A stretch of 24,000 nucleotides of DNA from an uncultured Pirellulales bacterium (GCA_964649955.1 CAZYQN010000014.1:14707-38706), one strand, 5' to 3'; numbered from the stretch's first letter, positions 8,741 through 16,367 are shown. Notes: generated from the letters alone by a model not told the origin. Program-made: numbers and translations.

Positions 8741-9673
8741 TTATATTCGTCGTGCAATTCGAAGCTTGGCACTTCGACTGCGAGGGTTTTTTTCTACTTC
8801 ATCGTTTGTCGGCTGAATCGGTTTTTTCGTCAGCACATCGTAAATTCCATCCTCTTTTTTTTGTCGAAAATCATTTTTCACCATCCCGTCTTCCAGGCTG
8901 TGAAAACTGATCACAGCAATCGCTCCGCCGGGTTTCAGCAGCACGGGAGCTGCATCCAGCAACGTTCGCAATCTATCCAACTCACTGTTTACCGCGATTC
9001 GAAGCGCTTGAAACGTTCTTGTCGCGGGATGTATCCGTTGTCCTTTGGCCGGAGCCTTCAGTGCACGGCATACCAACGCCGCCAATTCAGCGGTGGTTGT
9101 AAACTTTTGCCGGTGACGCTGCTCAACAATAAACCGGGCGATCCTCCTTGAAGCCCGGTCCTGTCCATACTGGTAAATCAAATCAGCCAACTCCGTCTGG
9201 CTTAGGCGATTTACCAGATCTGCCGCCGTTGTTTTCAACCGATCATCCAGCCGCATATCCAGCGGCATCGCGGTCTGAAAACTCAATCCTCGCTGCACAT
9301 CTTCCAGTTGCCCGGAACAAAACCCCAAATCCGCCAAAATAAAATCTACTTTTTCAATGCTCCGTTTGGCCAGTTCACCCTGAATGCGGTCGAAATTCTC
9401 CCGCACCAGTTCAACCCGACAGGACAGAGCGCTTAAATTTTGAGAGGCCCTTTGGATGCTGTTTTGATCGACGTCCAAACCCAGAAGAAGACCCTCAGGG
9501 CCTAAAGTCCGGCCGAACAATCCGCTATGGCCTCCATGCCCAACGGTTGCATCGACCATAATCCCATCCTTGGGAAGATGAATCCATTCCAATAACGGTT
9601 CGACCAGAACCGGTATATGCTGCGGGACATCTGATCCATCCCTGACCATCGACATATCCGCAGCCGTATTCAT
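8741..9673 (-). CDS. rsmH: 16S rRNA (cytosine1402-N4)-methyltransferase RsmH/MraW
   Basis: Contains the SAM-MTase motif VDATVGHGGHS and the C-terminal pattern ISFHSLEDGMVK...NPRSRSAKLR typical of RsmH. It lies in a dcw context downstream of mraZ. Confidence 0.95.
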   Translation of the reverse strand: MNTAADMSMVRDGSDVPQHIPVLVEPLLEWIHLPKDGIMVDATVGHGGHSGLFGRTLGPEGLLLGLDVDQNSIQRASQNLSALSCRVELVRENFDRIQGELAKRSIEKVDFILADLGFCSGQLEDVQRGLSFQTAMPLDMRLDDRLKTTAADLVNRLSQTELADLIYQYGQDRASRRIARFIVEQRHRQKFTTTAELAALVCRALKAPAKGQRIHPATRTFQALRIAVNSELDRLRTLLDAAPVLLKPGGAIAVISFHSLEDGMVKNDFRQKKEDGIYDVLTKKPIQPTNDEVEKNPRSRSAKLRIARRI

Positions 9674-9676
9674 TTG

Positions 9677-9898
9677 TCAAATATCATACCCCGCCGCACC
9701 AACCAGTTGACCGGCCGAGAAGGCTTCCATCTGGGGCGAGAAAGAAATCTGTTCAAACATCCCGCCGAGACGATTGACTCGCTCCAGTCTCTCGGCCAAG
9801 GCCGCTGTTGAGGCCCTCATATGGTCATCTTTTCCAAACTGACCCGTCAATCCTCGACGGACAACTTCGATTGCATCTTCATACCTATGGCTTACCAT
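9677..9898 (-). CDS. hypothetical 73-aa soluble helical protein inserted between mraZ and rsmH
   Basis: The ATG at 9898 lies 7 nt after AGGAGG (reverse complement of 9906-9911), which overlaps the mraZ stop. Its TGA stop is 3 nt before the rsmH ATG, so it is tightly packed in the operon. No TM and no recognisable family. Confidence 0.5.
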   Translation of the reverse strand: MVSHRYEDAIEVVRRGLTGQFGKDDHMRASTAALAERLERVNRLGGMFEQISFSPQMEAFSAGQLVGAAGYDI

Positions 9899-9909
9899 TC
9901 GAAGCCCTC

Positions 9910-10389
9910 CTAATATTCAATTCCTTGATTCTGACGTTGAATTTGTGCTTGACGCGCGTGGGCTATCTGTGTCTGGAAAGAGTTGATGTTTTCGGACAAA
10001 TACCTCTCCCAATCTTCTGTATTCCACACTTCAATGTGGTCACGAACGCCGACAAGCGTCAGGTTTGCACCCAAATGGGCGCGTTTCTTCAATTTTTCAT
10101 TAATGAGTAACCTCCCCTGCCGATCCAACTCTACCTTGCTGGCCAGGGCAAAACTTAATCGCTCATAGGCGACCGATTCATCCGGGGCGCCCGTCCCTGG
10201 GGCACCGGCAAGGGCGATTTGCTGAAAATATTTTTCAGGAAAGAGATTCAGGATGCCGTTGGAACCCATGGCCAAGTAAAAATCACTGCCATACCGCTCG
10301 GTGTCAATCTGACTGCGGAGCTTGTTCGAGATGAAAAGTCGATTCTTTTCATCAATCGTGTGTTCGTATTCGCCTGTTAACATTAGCAT
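9910..10389 (-). CDS. mraZ: transcriptional regulator MraZ
   Basis: Has two DXXXR half-domain motifs (DEKNRLFIS and DRQGRLLIN). The N-terminus MLMLTGEYEHTIDEKNR parallels the Bacillus-type MraZ MFMGEYQHTIDAKGR (from memory). Start chosen at ATG 10389; the ORF-track GTG 10404 and ATG 10383 are alternatives. Confidence 0.9.
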   Translation of the reverse strand: MLMLTGEYEHTIDEKNRLFISNKLRSQIDTERYGSDFYLAMGSNGILNLFPEKYFQQIALAGAPGTGAPDESVAYERLSFALASKVELDRQGRLLINEKLKKRAHLGANLTLVGVRDHIEVWNTEDWERYLSENINSFQTQIAHARQAQIQRQNQGIEY

Positions 10390-10397
10390 GGCTTTTT

Positions 10398-10447
10398 GTC
10401 CCACTCAACAACCTTTTCGTGGAAGATAGTACCACATAGCCCCACTC
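10398..10447 (-). promoter_or_regulatory. candidate MraZ operator boxes (GAGTGGG / TGTGGT direct repeats)
   Basis: The minus strand carries GAGTGGGGC (10447->10439), ATGTGGTAC 10 nt downstream (core at 10435->10431), and GAGTGGGAC (10406->10398). The first two sit inside the -35/-10 spacer. MraZ proteins are known to bind direct GTGG/TGGG repeats with about 10-bp periodicity. Confidence 0.35.
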
Positions 10448-10453
10448 TGTCAA
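10426..10453 (-). promoter_or_regulatory. candidate sigma70-type promoter of the mraZ operon
   Basis: The minus strand reads TTGACA (10453->10448), a 16-nt spacer, then TACTAT (10431->10426), about 35 nt upstream of the mraZ start. Confidence 0.4.
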
Positions 10454-10565
10454 TTAAAATCGTCTATTTATTAAATTTTATTAAGCTTTTTGGAAGGCTT
10501 ATTGAGGAAATTGCTTAGTGCGGCGTGCTATGAACTTCTATATATCATAAATCAAAAAGGCTTAA

Positions 10566-10583
10566 ACCACAATATATTGTGGT
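10566..10583. repeat. perfect 18-bp palindrome ACCACAATATATTGTGGT
   Basis: Read directly from the sequence. It lies in the AT-rich 254-bp spacer between the cusA-like stop (10659) and the mraZ promoter. A T7 run follows 7 nt later on the + strand. Confidence 0.5.
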
Positions 10584-10658
10584 CTCTGTATTTTTTTAGC
10601 AACTTATAGGACGTGAAAAAAATTTTCCATCGGGCTTAAACACCTGTTAGATTTTGGC

Positions 10659-13600
10659 TTATTTTACCGTTTTACCGGCTTTCCATTCCTGCATGATGCA
10701 GAACAGGACGGGGACAATCAGGATATCCATAATCGATACAACCATGCCGCCGAAGGATGGGATAGCCATCGGAATCATAATATCCGCCCCCCTGTCTGTG
10801 GAGGTCAGTACCGGCAACAGGGCCAAAATCGTGGTAGCACTGGTCATCAGGGCCGGGCGTGATCGCCGATGGGCCGCTTCAACGACTGCCATACGTATCT
10901 GTTTAACCGTTCGGGGAGTTCCAGTTTCACCGTCAAATCGCTGGGCCAGATAGGTCATCATGAGCACGCCATCGTCGGTGGCAATGCCAAATAAGGCCAG
11001 AAAGCCCACCCACACCGCAACACTTAAATTGTAGGGATGGATGTTGAACAGCTCGCGAAAATTCTGCCCGAAGAGAGAAAAATCCATAAACCACCCCTGG
11101 CCATACAGCCAGAGCATCAGAAAGCCGCCGGACCAGCCTGTAAAGATGCCTGTGAAAACCAGAAGCGTGCGGGGGATGTTACGGAATTGGAAGTAAAGAA
11201 TCAGAAAAATGATGCCTAATGCCAGCGGCATAACGACGCGGAGGTTTTTTTGGGCACGTACCTGATTTTCATAGTTTCCGGAAAAGCTGAAGCTGACTCC
11301 GGCGGGGATGTCCAGCTCGCCTTGACGAATCTTCTCGGCCAGAAAATCGCGAGCCAGCTCGACAACATCAACCTCCGCAAAGCCATCGCGGGCATCGAAA
11401 AGCACATAGCTGACCAGAAAGGTGTCTTCGCTTTTGATCATCTGAGGGCCTTGCGTATATTCAAGGTCAGCAAGCTGAATCAGGGGTACCTGAACACCGC
11501 CCGGCGCCGGTACGAGTATTCTTCCAATGGCCGAGAGTTCATCACGCAGCTCGCGCAGATACCGCACCCGAACAGGATAACGCTGGCGGCCTTCCACCGT
11601 CATCGTGATGGGTTCACCGCCGATGGCGATCTCGACAACCCGCTGCACGTCATCAATGCGAAGGCCGTAACGCGCTATAGCGTCACGGTCAATCTTGATC
11701 TCAAGATAGGGCTTGCCGATGACACGATCGGCGAATACCGTCATCGGATCGATGGAGGGAACTTCTTTGAGCAGTTCTTCAATGCGACGGCCGACCCGTT
11801 CGATGGTTTGCAGATCGGGGCCTTTGACCTTGACGCCCATCGGTGCCCGCATTCCGGTCTGGAGCATAATCAGACGGGTTTCAATCGGCTGGAGCAATGG
11901 CGCGCTGGTTGTGCCGGGAAGCTTCGCAATCCGAACGATCTCGTTCCAGATATCGCGCGGGGTTTCGATATGGTCGCGCCACTGGCGAATCACCTTGCCG
12001 TTTTCATCGGTCACAAGGCGTCCGTCTTCGTCGCGTTTGAATTTGGAATGGTAGTCAATAACTGTTTCGAGCATTGACTCGGGAGCCGGATCGAGCGGGC
12101 TTTCGACACGACCGATCTTGCCAACGACTGTTTTGACCTCGGGGATGCCGGCCACTGCGGCGTCAATTTTCTGCAGTACATCAAGCGCCTCACCGATCGA
12201 GGCATGCGGCATCGTTGTCGGCATATAGAGAAAGGAACCTTCATCGAGCGACGGCATAAATTCGCGACCGAGACTTCGCCATGCCAACATTCCAGAAACG
12301 ATCAAGGCGGTTGAGAGCATCAGAAAGATATATTTAAATCGCAGGCATACGCCAAGAAGCCAGGGGTAAATTCGATAGATCAACAAAAACGCACCCAACA
12401 AAAGCCCCACAATCACCACTACAAAAACAATGTTAAGCACATTTCCTCTATCCGGACCCAGCGGCATCCAGGTCCTGCCCAACAGAATGACAATCAAAAT
12501 GATCGCGAGATAATCGATAATCCGCTCATTCCATTTGGATTTTGAGGCGACCATCTCTTTCTTTTTTTTGCCGACTGTTCTGAACAGCAGATAGGCCAGC
12601 GGCGGAATCACAAACACCGCCGTTACTGCCGCGGCCAAGAGTGCAAACGTCTTCGTATAGGCCAGGGGTTTAAAGAGTTTGCCTTCTGAGCCGATCATTG
12701 TAAAGACCGGCAGAAAGCTGACGATTGTCGTAGAAATTGCCGCCAGCACTGCGGAACCAACCTCATAAGCAGCGCTGTGAATGACTTGCAAACGCGACTG
12801 GTCCGGCGACGCTTCCTCCAAACGGCGAACAATGTTTTCACAGAGGACGATGCCCATATCGACCATGGTGCCGATGGCAATGGCAATGCCGGACAGGGCG
12901 ACAATATTGGCATCGACCTTGAAGTATTTCATCGCGATAAAGCACATCAGCGCCGACAACGGAAGCAGGCCGGAGATGAGCAATGAGCTTCGAAAGTTGC
13001 GTAACAGAACCAGAATCACCAGTACCGTAATCAGGATTTCCTGAGCAATGGCATCGTTGAGCGTCCCGAGGGTTTCGTAGATCAGGCCGGTACGGTCATA
13101 AAACGGAACAATCCGAACCTGGCTGACAGTCCCATCGGGCAATGTTTTACGCGGAAGGCCTGGGGCTATCTCGGCGATCTTTTGTTTGACGTTCTGAATG
13201 GTCTTGAGCGGGTTTTCGCCGTAGCGGACTACCACCACGCCGCCGACCGCTTCAGCGCCGGCTTTGTCCAAAGCCCCCCCTCGCAGCGCCGGCCCATAGG
13301 CTACATGAGCAATATCCTGAATGCGTATGCCGACATTGTCGCGCATCGCGACGACTGTGCTTTCAATATCGTGCAGGCTCTTGATGAATCCGACGCCGCG
13401 GACGATATACTCAGCGCTGTTGATCTCGATGGTTCGCGCTCCAACGTCGCGGTTGGACGCCTGCACGGCCATAAATACATCGGTCAGAGTCACGTCGGCG
13501 GCGCGCATCGCATCGGGATCGACATCAATCTGATATTCCCGCACAAAGCCGCCTACAGAAGCAACTTCGGCAACACCGCCGGCAGACTGGAGCGCATAAC

Positions 13601-14189
13601 GCACCGTCCAGTCCTGAATACTGCGCAGCTCGTCTAACCCCCAGCCGCCCGTCGGTTGGTCCTTGGTGTCGTGTCCTTCGAGTGTGTACCAGAAGACCTG
13701 CCCCAGAGCAGTCGCATCGGGGCCAAGCATGGGAGTGACCCCCTGCGGCAGCGTACCGGACGGCAGCGAATTGAGCCGTTCAATGATTTTGGCCCGCGAC
13801 CAGTCAAAATCCGCATCGTCATCAAAGATCACGTAGATGCTCGAAAAGCCGAACATCGATGTGCTGCGGACGGTCTTGACCTTAGCCATCCCGAACAGGT
13901 TGGCCGTCAGCGGATAGGTAACCTGATCCTGAATGTCCTGAGGGCTTCGACCCGACCACTCGGTAAAAACGATCTGCTGGTTTTCGCCGATGTCGGGAAT
14001 GGCGTCCACGCCGATAGGAGACCGTTCGATAAACGGAATATTCCAATCAAACGGGGCAAAAACAATCCCCGCCCATAAAAAACCTAAAACAACCAGAATT
14101 ACGACCAGACGGTTCGTAATACAAAACCACAACAGGCCGGCCAGTAATCCCTGGGGGCGCGGATTATCCAATGTACTTGGGGTGTCCAT
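10659..14189 (-). CDS. cusA: CusA-type heavy-metal (Cu(I)/Ag(I)) efflux RND permease, long variant
   Basis: About 1176 aa with 12 or more TM helices and two large periplasmic domains. The TM4 motif AIAIGTMVDMGIVLCEN matches the CusA-type (monovalent HME) pattern rather than the CzcA DFG..DGA..EN pattern. Met residues occur at the three positions of the CusA methionine triad contexts (FLYMPTT, PAPESMLET, RLIMLQTG). The ATG at 14189 is preceded by AGGTGA; TTG 14192 is an alternative. Confidence 0.9.
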   Translation of the reverse strand: MDTPSTLDNPRPQGLLAGLLWFCITNRLVVILVVLGFLWAGIVFAPFDWNIPFIERSPIGVDAIPDIGENQQIVFTEWSGRSPQDIQDQVTYPLTANLFGMAKVKTVRSTSMFGFSSIYVIFDDDADFDWSRAKIIERLNSLPSGTLPQGVTPMLGPDATALGQVFWYTLEGHDTKDQPTGGWGLDELRSIQDWTVRYALQSAGGVAEVASVGGFVREYQIDVDPDAMRAADVTLTDVFMAVQASNRDVGARTIEINSAEYIVRGVGFIKSLHDIESTVVAMRDNVGIRIQDIAHVAYGPALRGGALDKAGAEAVGGVVVVRYGENPLKTIQNVKQKIAEIAPGLPRKTLPDGTVSQVRIVPFYDRTGLIYETLGTLNDAIAQEILITVLVILVLLRNFRSSLLISGLLPLSALMCFIAMKYFKVDANIVALSGIAIAIGTMVDMGIVLCENIVRRLEEASPDQSRLQVIHSAAYEVGSAVLAAISTTIVSFLPVFTMIGSEGKLFKPLAYTKTFALLAAAVTAVFVIPPLAYLLFRTVGKKKKEMVASKSKWNERIIDYLAIILIVILLGRTWMPLGPDRGNVLNIVFVVVIVGLLLGAFLLIYRIYPWLLGVCLRFKYIFLMLSTALIVSGMLAWRSLGREFMPSLDEGSFLYMPTTMPHASIGEALDVLQKIDAAVAGIPEVKTVVGKIGRVESPLDPAPESMLETVIDYHSKFKRDEDGRLVTDENGKVIRQWRDHIETPRDIWNEIVRIAKLPGTTSAPLLQPIETRLIMLQTGMRAPMGVKVKGPDLQTIERVGRRIEELLKEVPSIDPMTVFADRVIGKPYLEIKIDRDAIARYGLRIDDVQRVVEIAIGGEPITMTVEGRQRYPVRVRYLRELRDELSAIGRILVPAPGGVQVPLIQLADLEYTQGPQMIKSEDTFLVSYVLFDARDGFAEVDVVELARDFLAEKIRQGELDIPAGVSFSFSGNYENQVRAQKNLRVVMPLALGIIFLILYFQFRNIPRTLLVFTGIFTGWSGGFLMLWLYGQGWFMDFSLFGQNFRELFNIHPYNLSVAVWVGFLALFGIATDDGVLMMTYLAQRFDGETGTPRTVKQIRMAVVEAAHRRSRPALMTSATTILALLPVLTSTDRGADIMIPMAIPSFGGMVVSIMDILIVPVLFCIMQEWKAGKTVK

Positions 14190-14208
14190 CAATCACCTGT
14201 TCTCTACG

Positions 14209-14547
14209 CTATTCTTTGAACTGCGGTAATTTCGCCAGATACTTTTCCGGGTTCTTTTTAAATTCGGCTACGCAGTCCGAGCAGCAGAAATATACTTTTT
14301 TACCTTTGTATTCCGTGAATATTTCTTTGTTGATCGCTCCGCCCATGACCGGACAGACCGTCTGCTCAGGTACGGTATCTTTAGCTGTTTGAGCCGCAGC
14401 ATCCGCAGCCTGCTGCGTCTGTTGTGCAGTGTTTTCCGTTTGGTTCTGCATACCGGCAGGTTCTTTTTTATCACATCCTGCTAACAGAGCAACGCTCAGT
14501 ACCAGGGTTAATACTCCGAGTTTTTTACATATTGTCTTCATTTTCAT
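14209..14547 (-). CDS. periplasmic lipoprotein with YHS/TRASH-like metal-binding domain (candidate metallochaperone)
   Basis: The start ATG at 14547 has GAAAGG upstream. The signal peptide carries a lipobox (LLAGC), followed by a Q/A/T-rich linker. The C-terminus is CPVMGGAINKEIFTEYKGKKVYFCCSDCVAEFKKNPEKY, a YHS/TRASH-like Cys/Met pattern. The 155-aa ORF-track version would overlap the cusB-like 3' end and is rejected. Confidence 0.8.
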   Translation of the reverse strand: MKMKTICKKLGVLTLVLSVALLAGCDKKEPAGMQNQTENTAQQTQQAADAAAQTAKDTVPEQTVCPVMGGAINKEIFTEYKGKKVYFCCSDCVAEFKKNPEKYLAKLPQFKE

Positions 14548-14587
14548 AGCCTTTCTGTAATATGAATGAATATCACCGTATTTTGTT

Positions 14588-16294
14588 TTATTGGTCTGTT
14601 TGTTCTGACACCCGTTCCGGCTGAAACTGCGGGAGCTTGGGAAGATATTTTTCGGGATCGGCCAGAAATTTATCACTGCATCCCGGGCAGCAGAAATACA
14701 CCTTCATACCCTTGTATTCAACAAATAAGTCCTTATTGACGGGAGCGTCCATCACCGGACACAACGTTTGCTCCCCTGCCGCCACAGGATGGTTTTCGCG
14801 CGGCATTATAACCGTAGGATTCATCAGGCTGGGTTTGCCCTGAAGCTGCAATTCCGAGTCGATCTTGAAATTGCCATGTGTCACGACCTGCTCGCCTTCC
14901 ATCAGGCCTTCCCGCACGATATACATATCGCCCGCCCGCGGGCCGAGAACGACTTGCTTGCCTATAAATGTCGGTCTTTCGGCTCCTTCGATTTTGGCAT
15001 ACACAACCGCCCTATCGAGCTTGCGACCGGTCAGCAACGCCGCCGATGCAGGAATCACCAGCGGCAGTTCAGCAGGCTGTGCGGCGGGCGTATAGCCCAG
15101 CGATGCAGCAGTGACCAGCGGCATCTGACAGATATCACAGATGCCGGCAACGTCTTTAATAATCTCGCCGTGCATCGGACATATCCACTTGTCTGCCAGC
15201 GACGGATCGATAAGACTCCCGCCTTCGGCCAGCGCCGATGAGACGACCGCCCGCACGAGCATGTTGGGTTTGAGTCTGCCATCGGAGTTATCCACCACCG
15301 CCCGCACTCGCACGGTGCGCGTGGTATCATTAATCAGCGGGCTAATGAAGCTGATGCGTCCGGTAAAGACTTCACCGGGTAAAGACTCGGCGGTAAAGTC
15401 CACCGTCTGGCCGAACCGAAGCCACGTCAGGTCGGACTCGTAAGCATCCATCATGACCCACAGTTTGCTCAGGTCTGCTATCTGATAAATCGGCATTCCC
15501 GTCTGGACATACATCCCTTCTGTGGCCATTTTTTCGATGACCACGCCTCCCATCGGTGCATAGATGGTCAAGTGATCCAAGGGCTTTCCTTCCTGCTCAA
15601 TTTTTTTAACCTGATCTTCGGTCAGTCCCAAGAGAAGCAGTTTTTCGCGCGACGCAGTCAGGGCTGACGATACCGACTGACGTACCAACTCAGAGACCCC
15701 CTCGATCAGACGCTTTCGTGATGCCGTCGCCTCTAAAAACTCCGCTTGGGCAGTAATCAAATCAGGACTGTAGAGATAGACCATATGATCGCCGGGATTC
15801 ACGGGAATGCCTGTGTAGTCCACATAGAGTCGATCAATACGCCCGGGCACCCAAGCCGAGATCGTTTTGGTACGTGTCTCATCGATGGCCATTTTGCCGA
15901 CAAGACGAATCTCTGCCGAGACGGCTCGACGCAGAACCGGGCTGGTCTGAACTTCCATCAGCTTGAGGACTTCGGGAGAAAACGAAATAACACGCTGGTC
16001 CGCAGAGCCGGACGAATCGGATTCGAGCGGGATCAAATCCATCGCACAAATGCGGCATTTTCCGGGCTTATTTTCGCGTATTTGCGGATGCATCGAACAA
16101 GTCCAGATCGTTTCGGCAGCCTTTTCGGATACTACCACACTGGTATCACCGGGCGCTTTATCGCCCTGCCACCGCCACGCCACCCCAAAACCCAACGCAA
16201 AGCCGCCCGCTGTTAGTAAAATAAGCAATACCTTGTATATAAAAATGTTATGCTTCGGCGGGTTCCTATTATCATGTTCAATACTCGTTTTCAT
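14588..16294 (-). CDS. cusB: CusB-like RND periplasmic adaptor (membrane fusion protein) with two HMBD-type Cys modules and a C-terminal YHS/TRASH domain
   Basis: 568 aa with an N-terminal TM. HMBD-like module 1 is WTCSMHPQIRENKPGKCRICAMDL (16034-16105). The HlyD/MFP core includes YAPMGGVVIEKMATEGMYVQTGMPIYQIADLSKLWV. HMBD-like module 2 is WICPMHGEIIKDVAGICDICQMPL (15116-15187). The C-terminal module is CPVMDAPVNKDLFVEYKGMKVYFCCPGCSDKFLADPEKY (14624-14773). Confidence 0.85.
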   Translation of the reverse strand: MKTSIEHDNRNPPKHNIFIYKVLLILLTAGGFALGFGVAWRWQGDKAPGDTSVVVSEKAAETIWTCSMHPQIRENKPGKCRICAMDLIPLESDSSGSADQRVISFSPEVLKLMEVQTSPVLRRAVSAEIRLVGKMAIDETRTKTISAWVPGRIDRLYVDYTGIPVNPGDHMVYLYSPDLITAQAEFLEATASRKRLIEGVSELVRQSVSSALTASREKLLLLGLTEDQVKKIEQEGKPLDHLTIYAPMGGVVIEKMATEGMYVQTGMPIYQIADLSKLWVMMDAYESDLTWLRFGQTVDFTAESLPGEVFTGRISFISPLINDTTRTVRVRAVVDNSDGRLKPNMLVRAVVSSALAEGGSLIDPSLADKWICPMHGEIIKDVAGICDICQMPLVTAASLGYTPAAQPAELPLVIPASAALLTGRKLDRAVVYAKIEGAERPTFIGKQVVLGPRAGDMYIVREGLMEGEQVVTHGNFKIDSELQLQGKPSLMNPTVIMPRENHPVAAGEQTLCPVMDAPVNKDLFVEYKGMKVYFCCPGCSDKFLADPEKYLPKLPQFQPERVSEQTDQ

Positions 16295-16318
16295 ATTAAA
16301 CCTACTATGATAATAGGA
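16264..16318 (-). promoter_or_regulatory. 12-bp perfect inverted repeat enclosing the cusB-like SD and start codon
   Basis: TCCTATTATCAT at 16264-16275 and its exact reverse complement ATGATAATAGGA at 16307-16318. The 31-nt loop contains the AGTAGG SD-like element and the ATG at 16294. The downstream arm lies in codons 7-10. Confidence 0.4.
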
Positions 16319-16367
16319 TACCGGTTCACATAAAAGCCTCTCAAGGATTGTCCTGATATTCTACATC

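Noticed and set aside
10496-10665. Four copies of GGCTTA(A/T)(A/T) (10496, 10559, 10633, 10656), two extended to GGCTTAAAC
   Set aside because: This is a short motif in an AT-rich spacer with irregular spacing, and the last copy overlaps the cusA stop. I cannot distinguish it from chance without statistics or conservation data.
11250-12077. 275-aa plus-strand ORF inside the cusA-like gene (and neighbours 11713..12054, 13182..13637, 13656..14078)
   Set aside because: These are antisense to a pump gene with a strong motif match. They have no recognisable domains, no SD, and overlap one another in different frames.
12562-12569. T8 homopolymer (A8 on the coding strand, encoding KKKK) in cusA, and A8 at 919-926 in the small ORF, as possible phase-variation tracts
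   Set aside because: The tracts are short and encode plausible Lys runs at a cytoplasmic membrane boundary. There is no evidence of length variation from a single sequence.
14548-14676. N-terminal 43-aa extension of the YHS lipoprotein ORF (track start 14676)
   Set aside because: It would overlap the last about 30 codons of the cusB-like gene. The internal ATG at 14547 has an SD and yields a textbook lipoprotein signal peptide.
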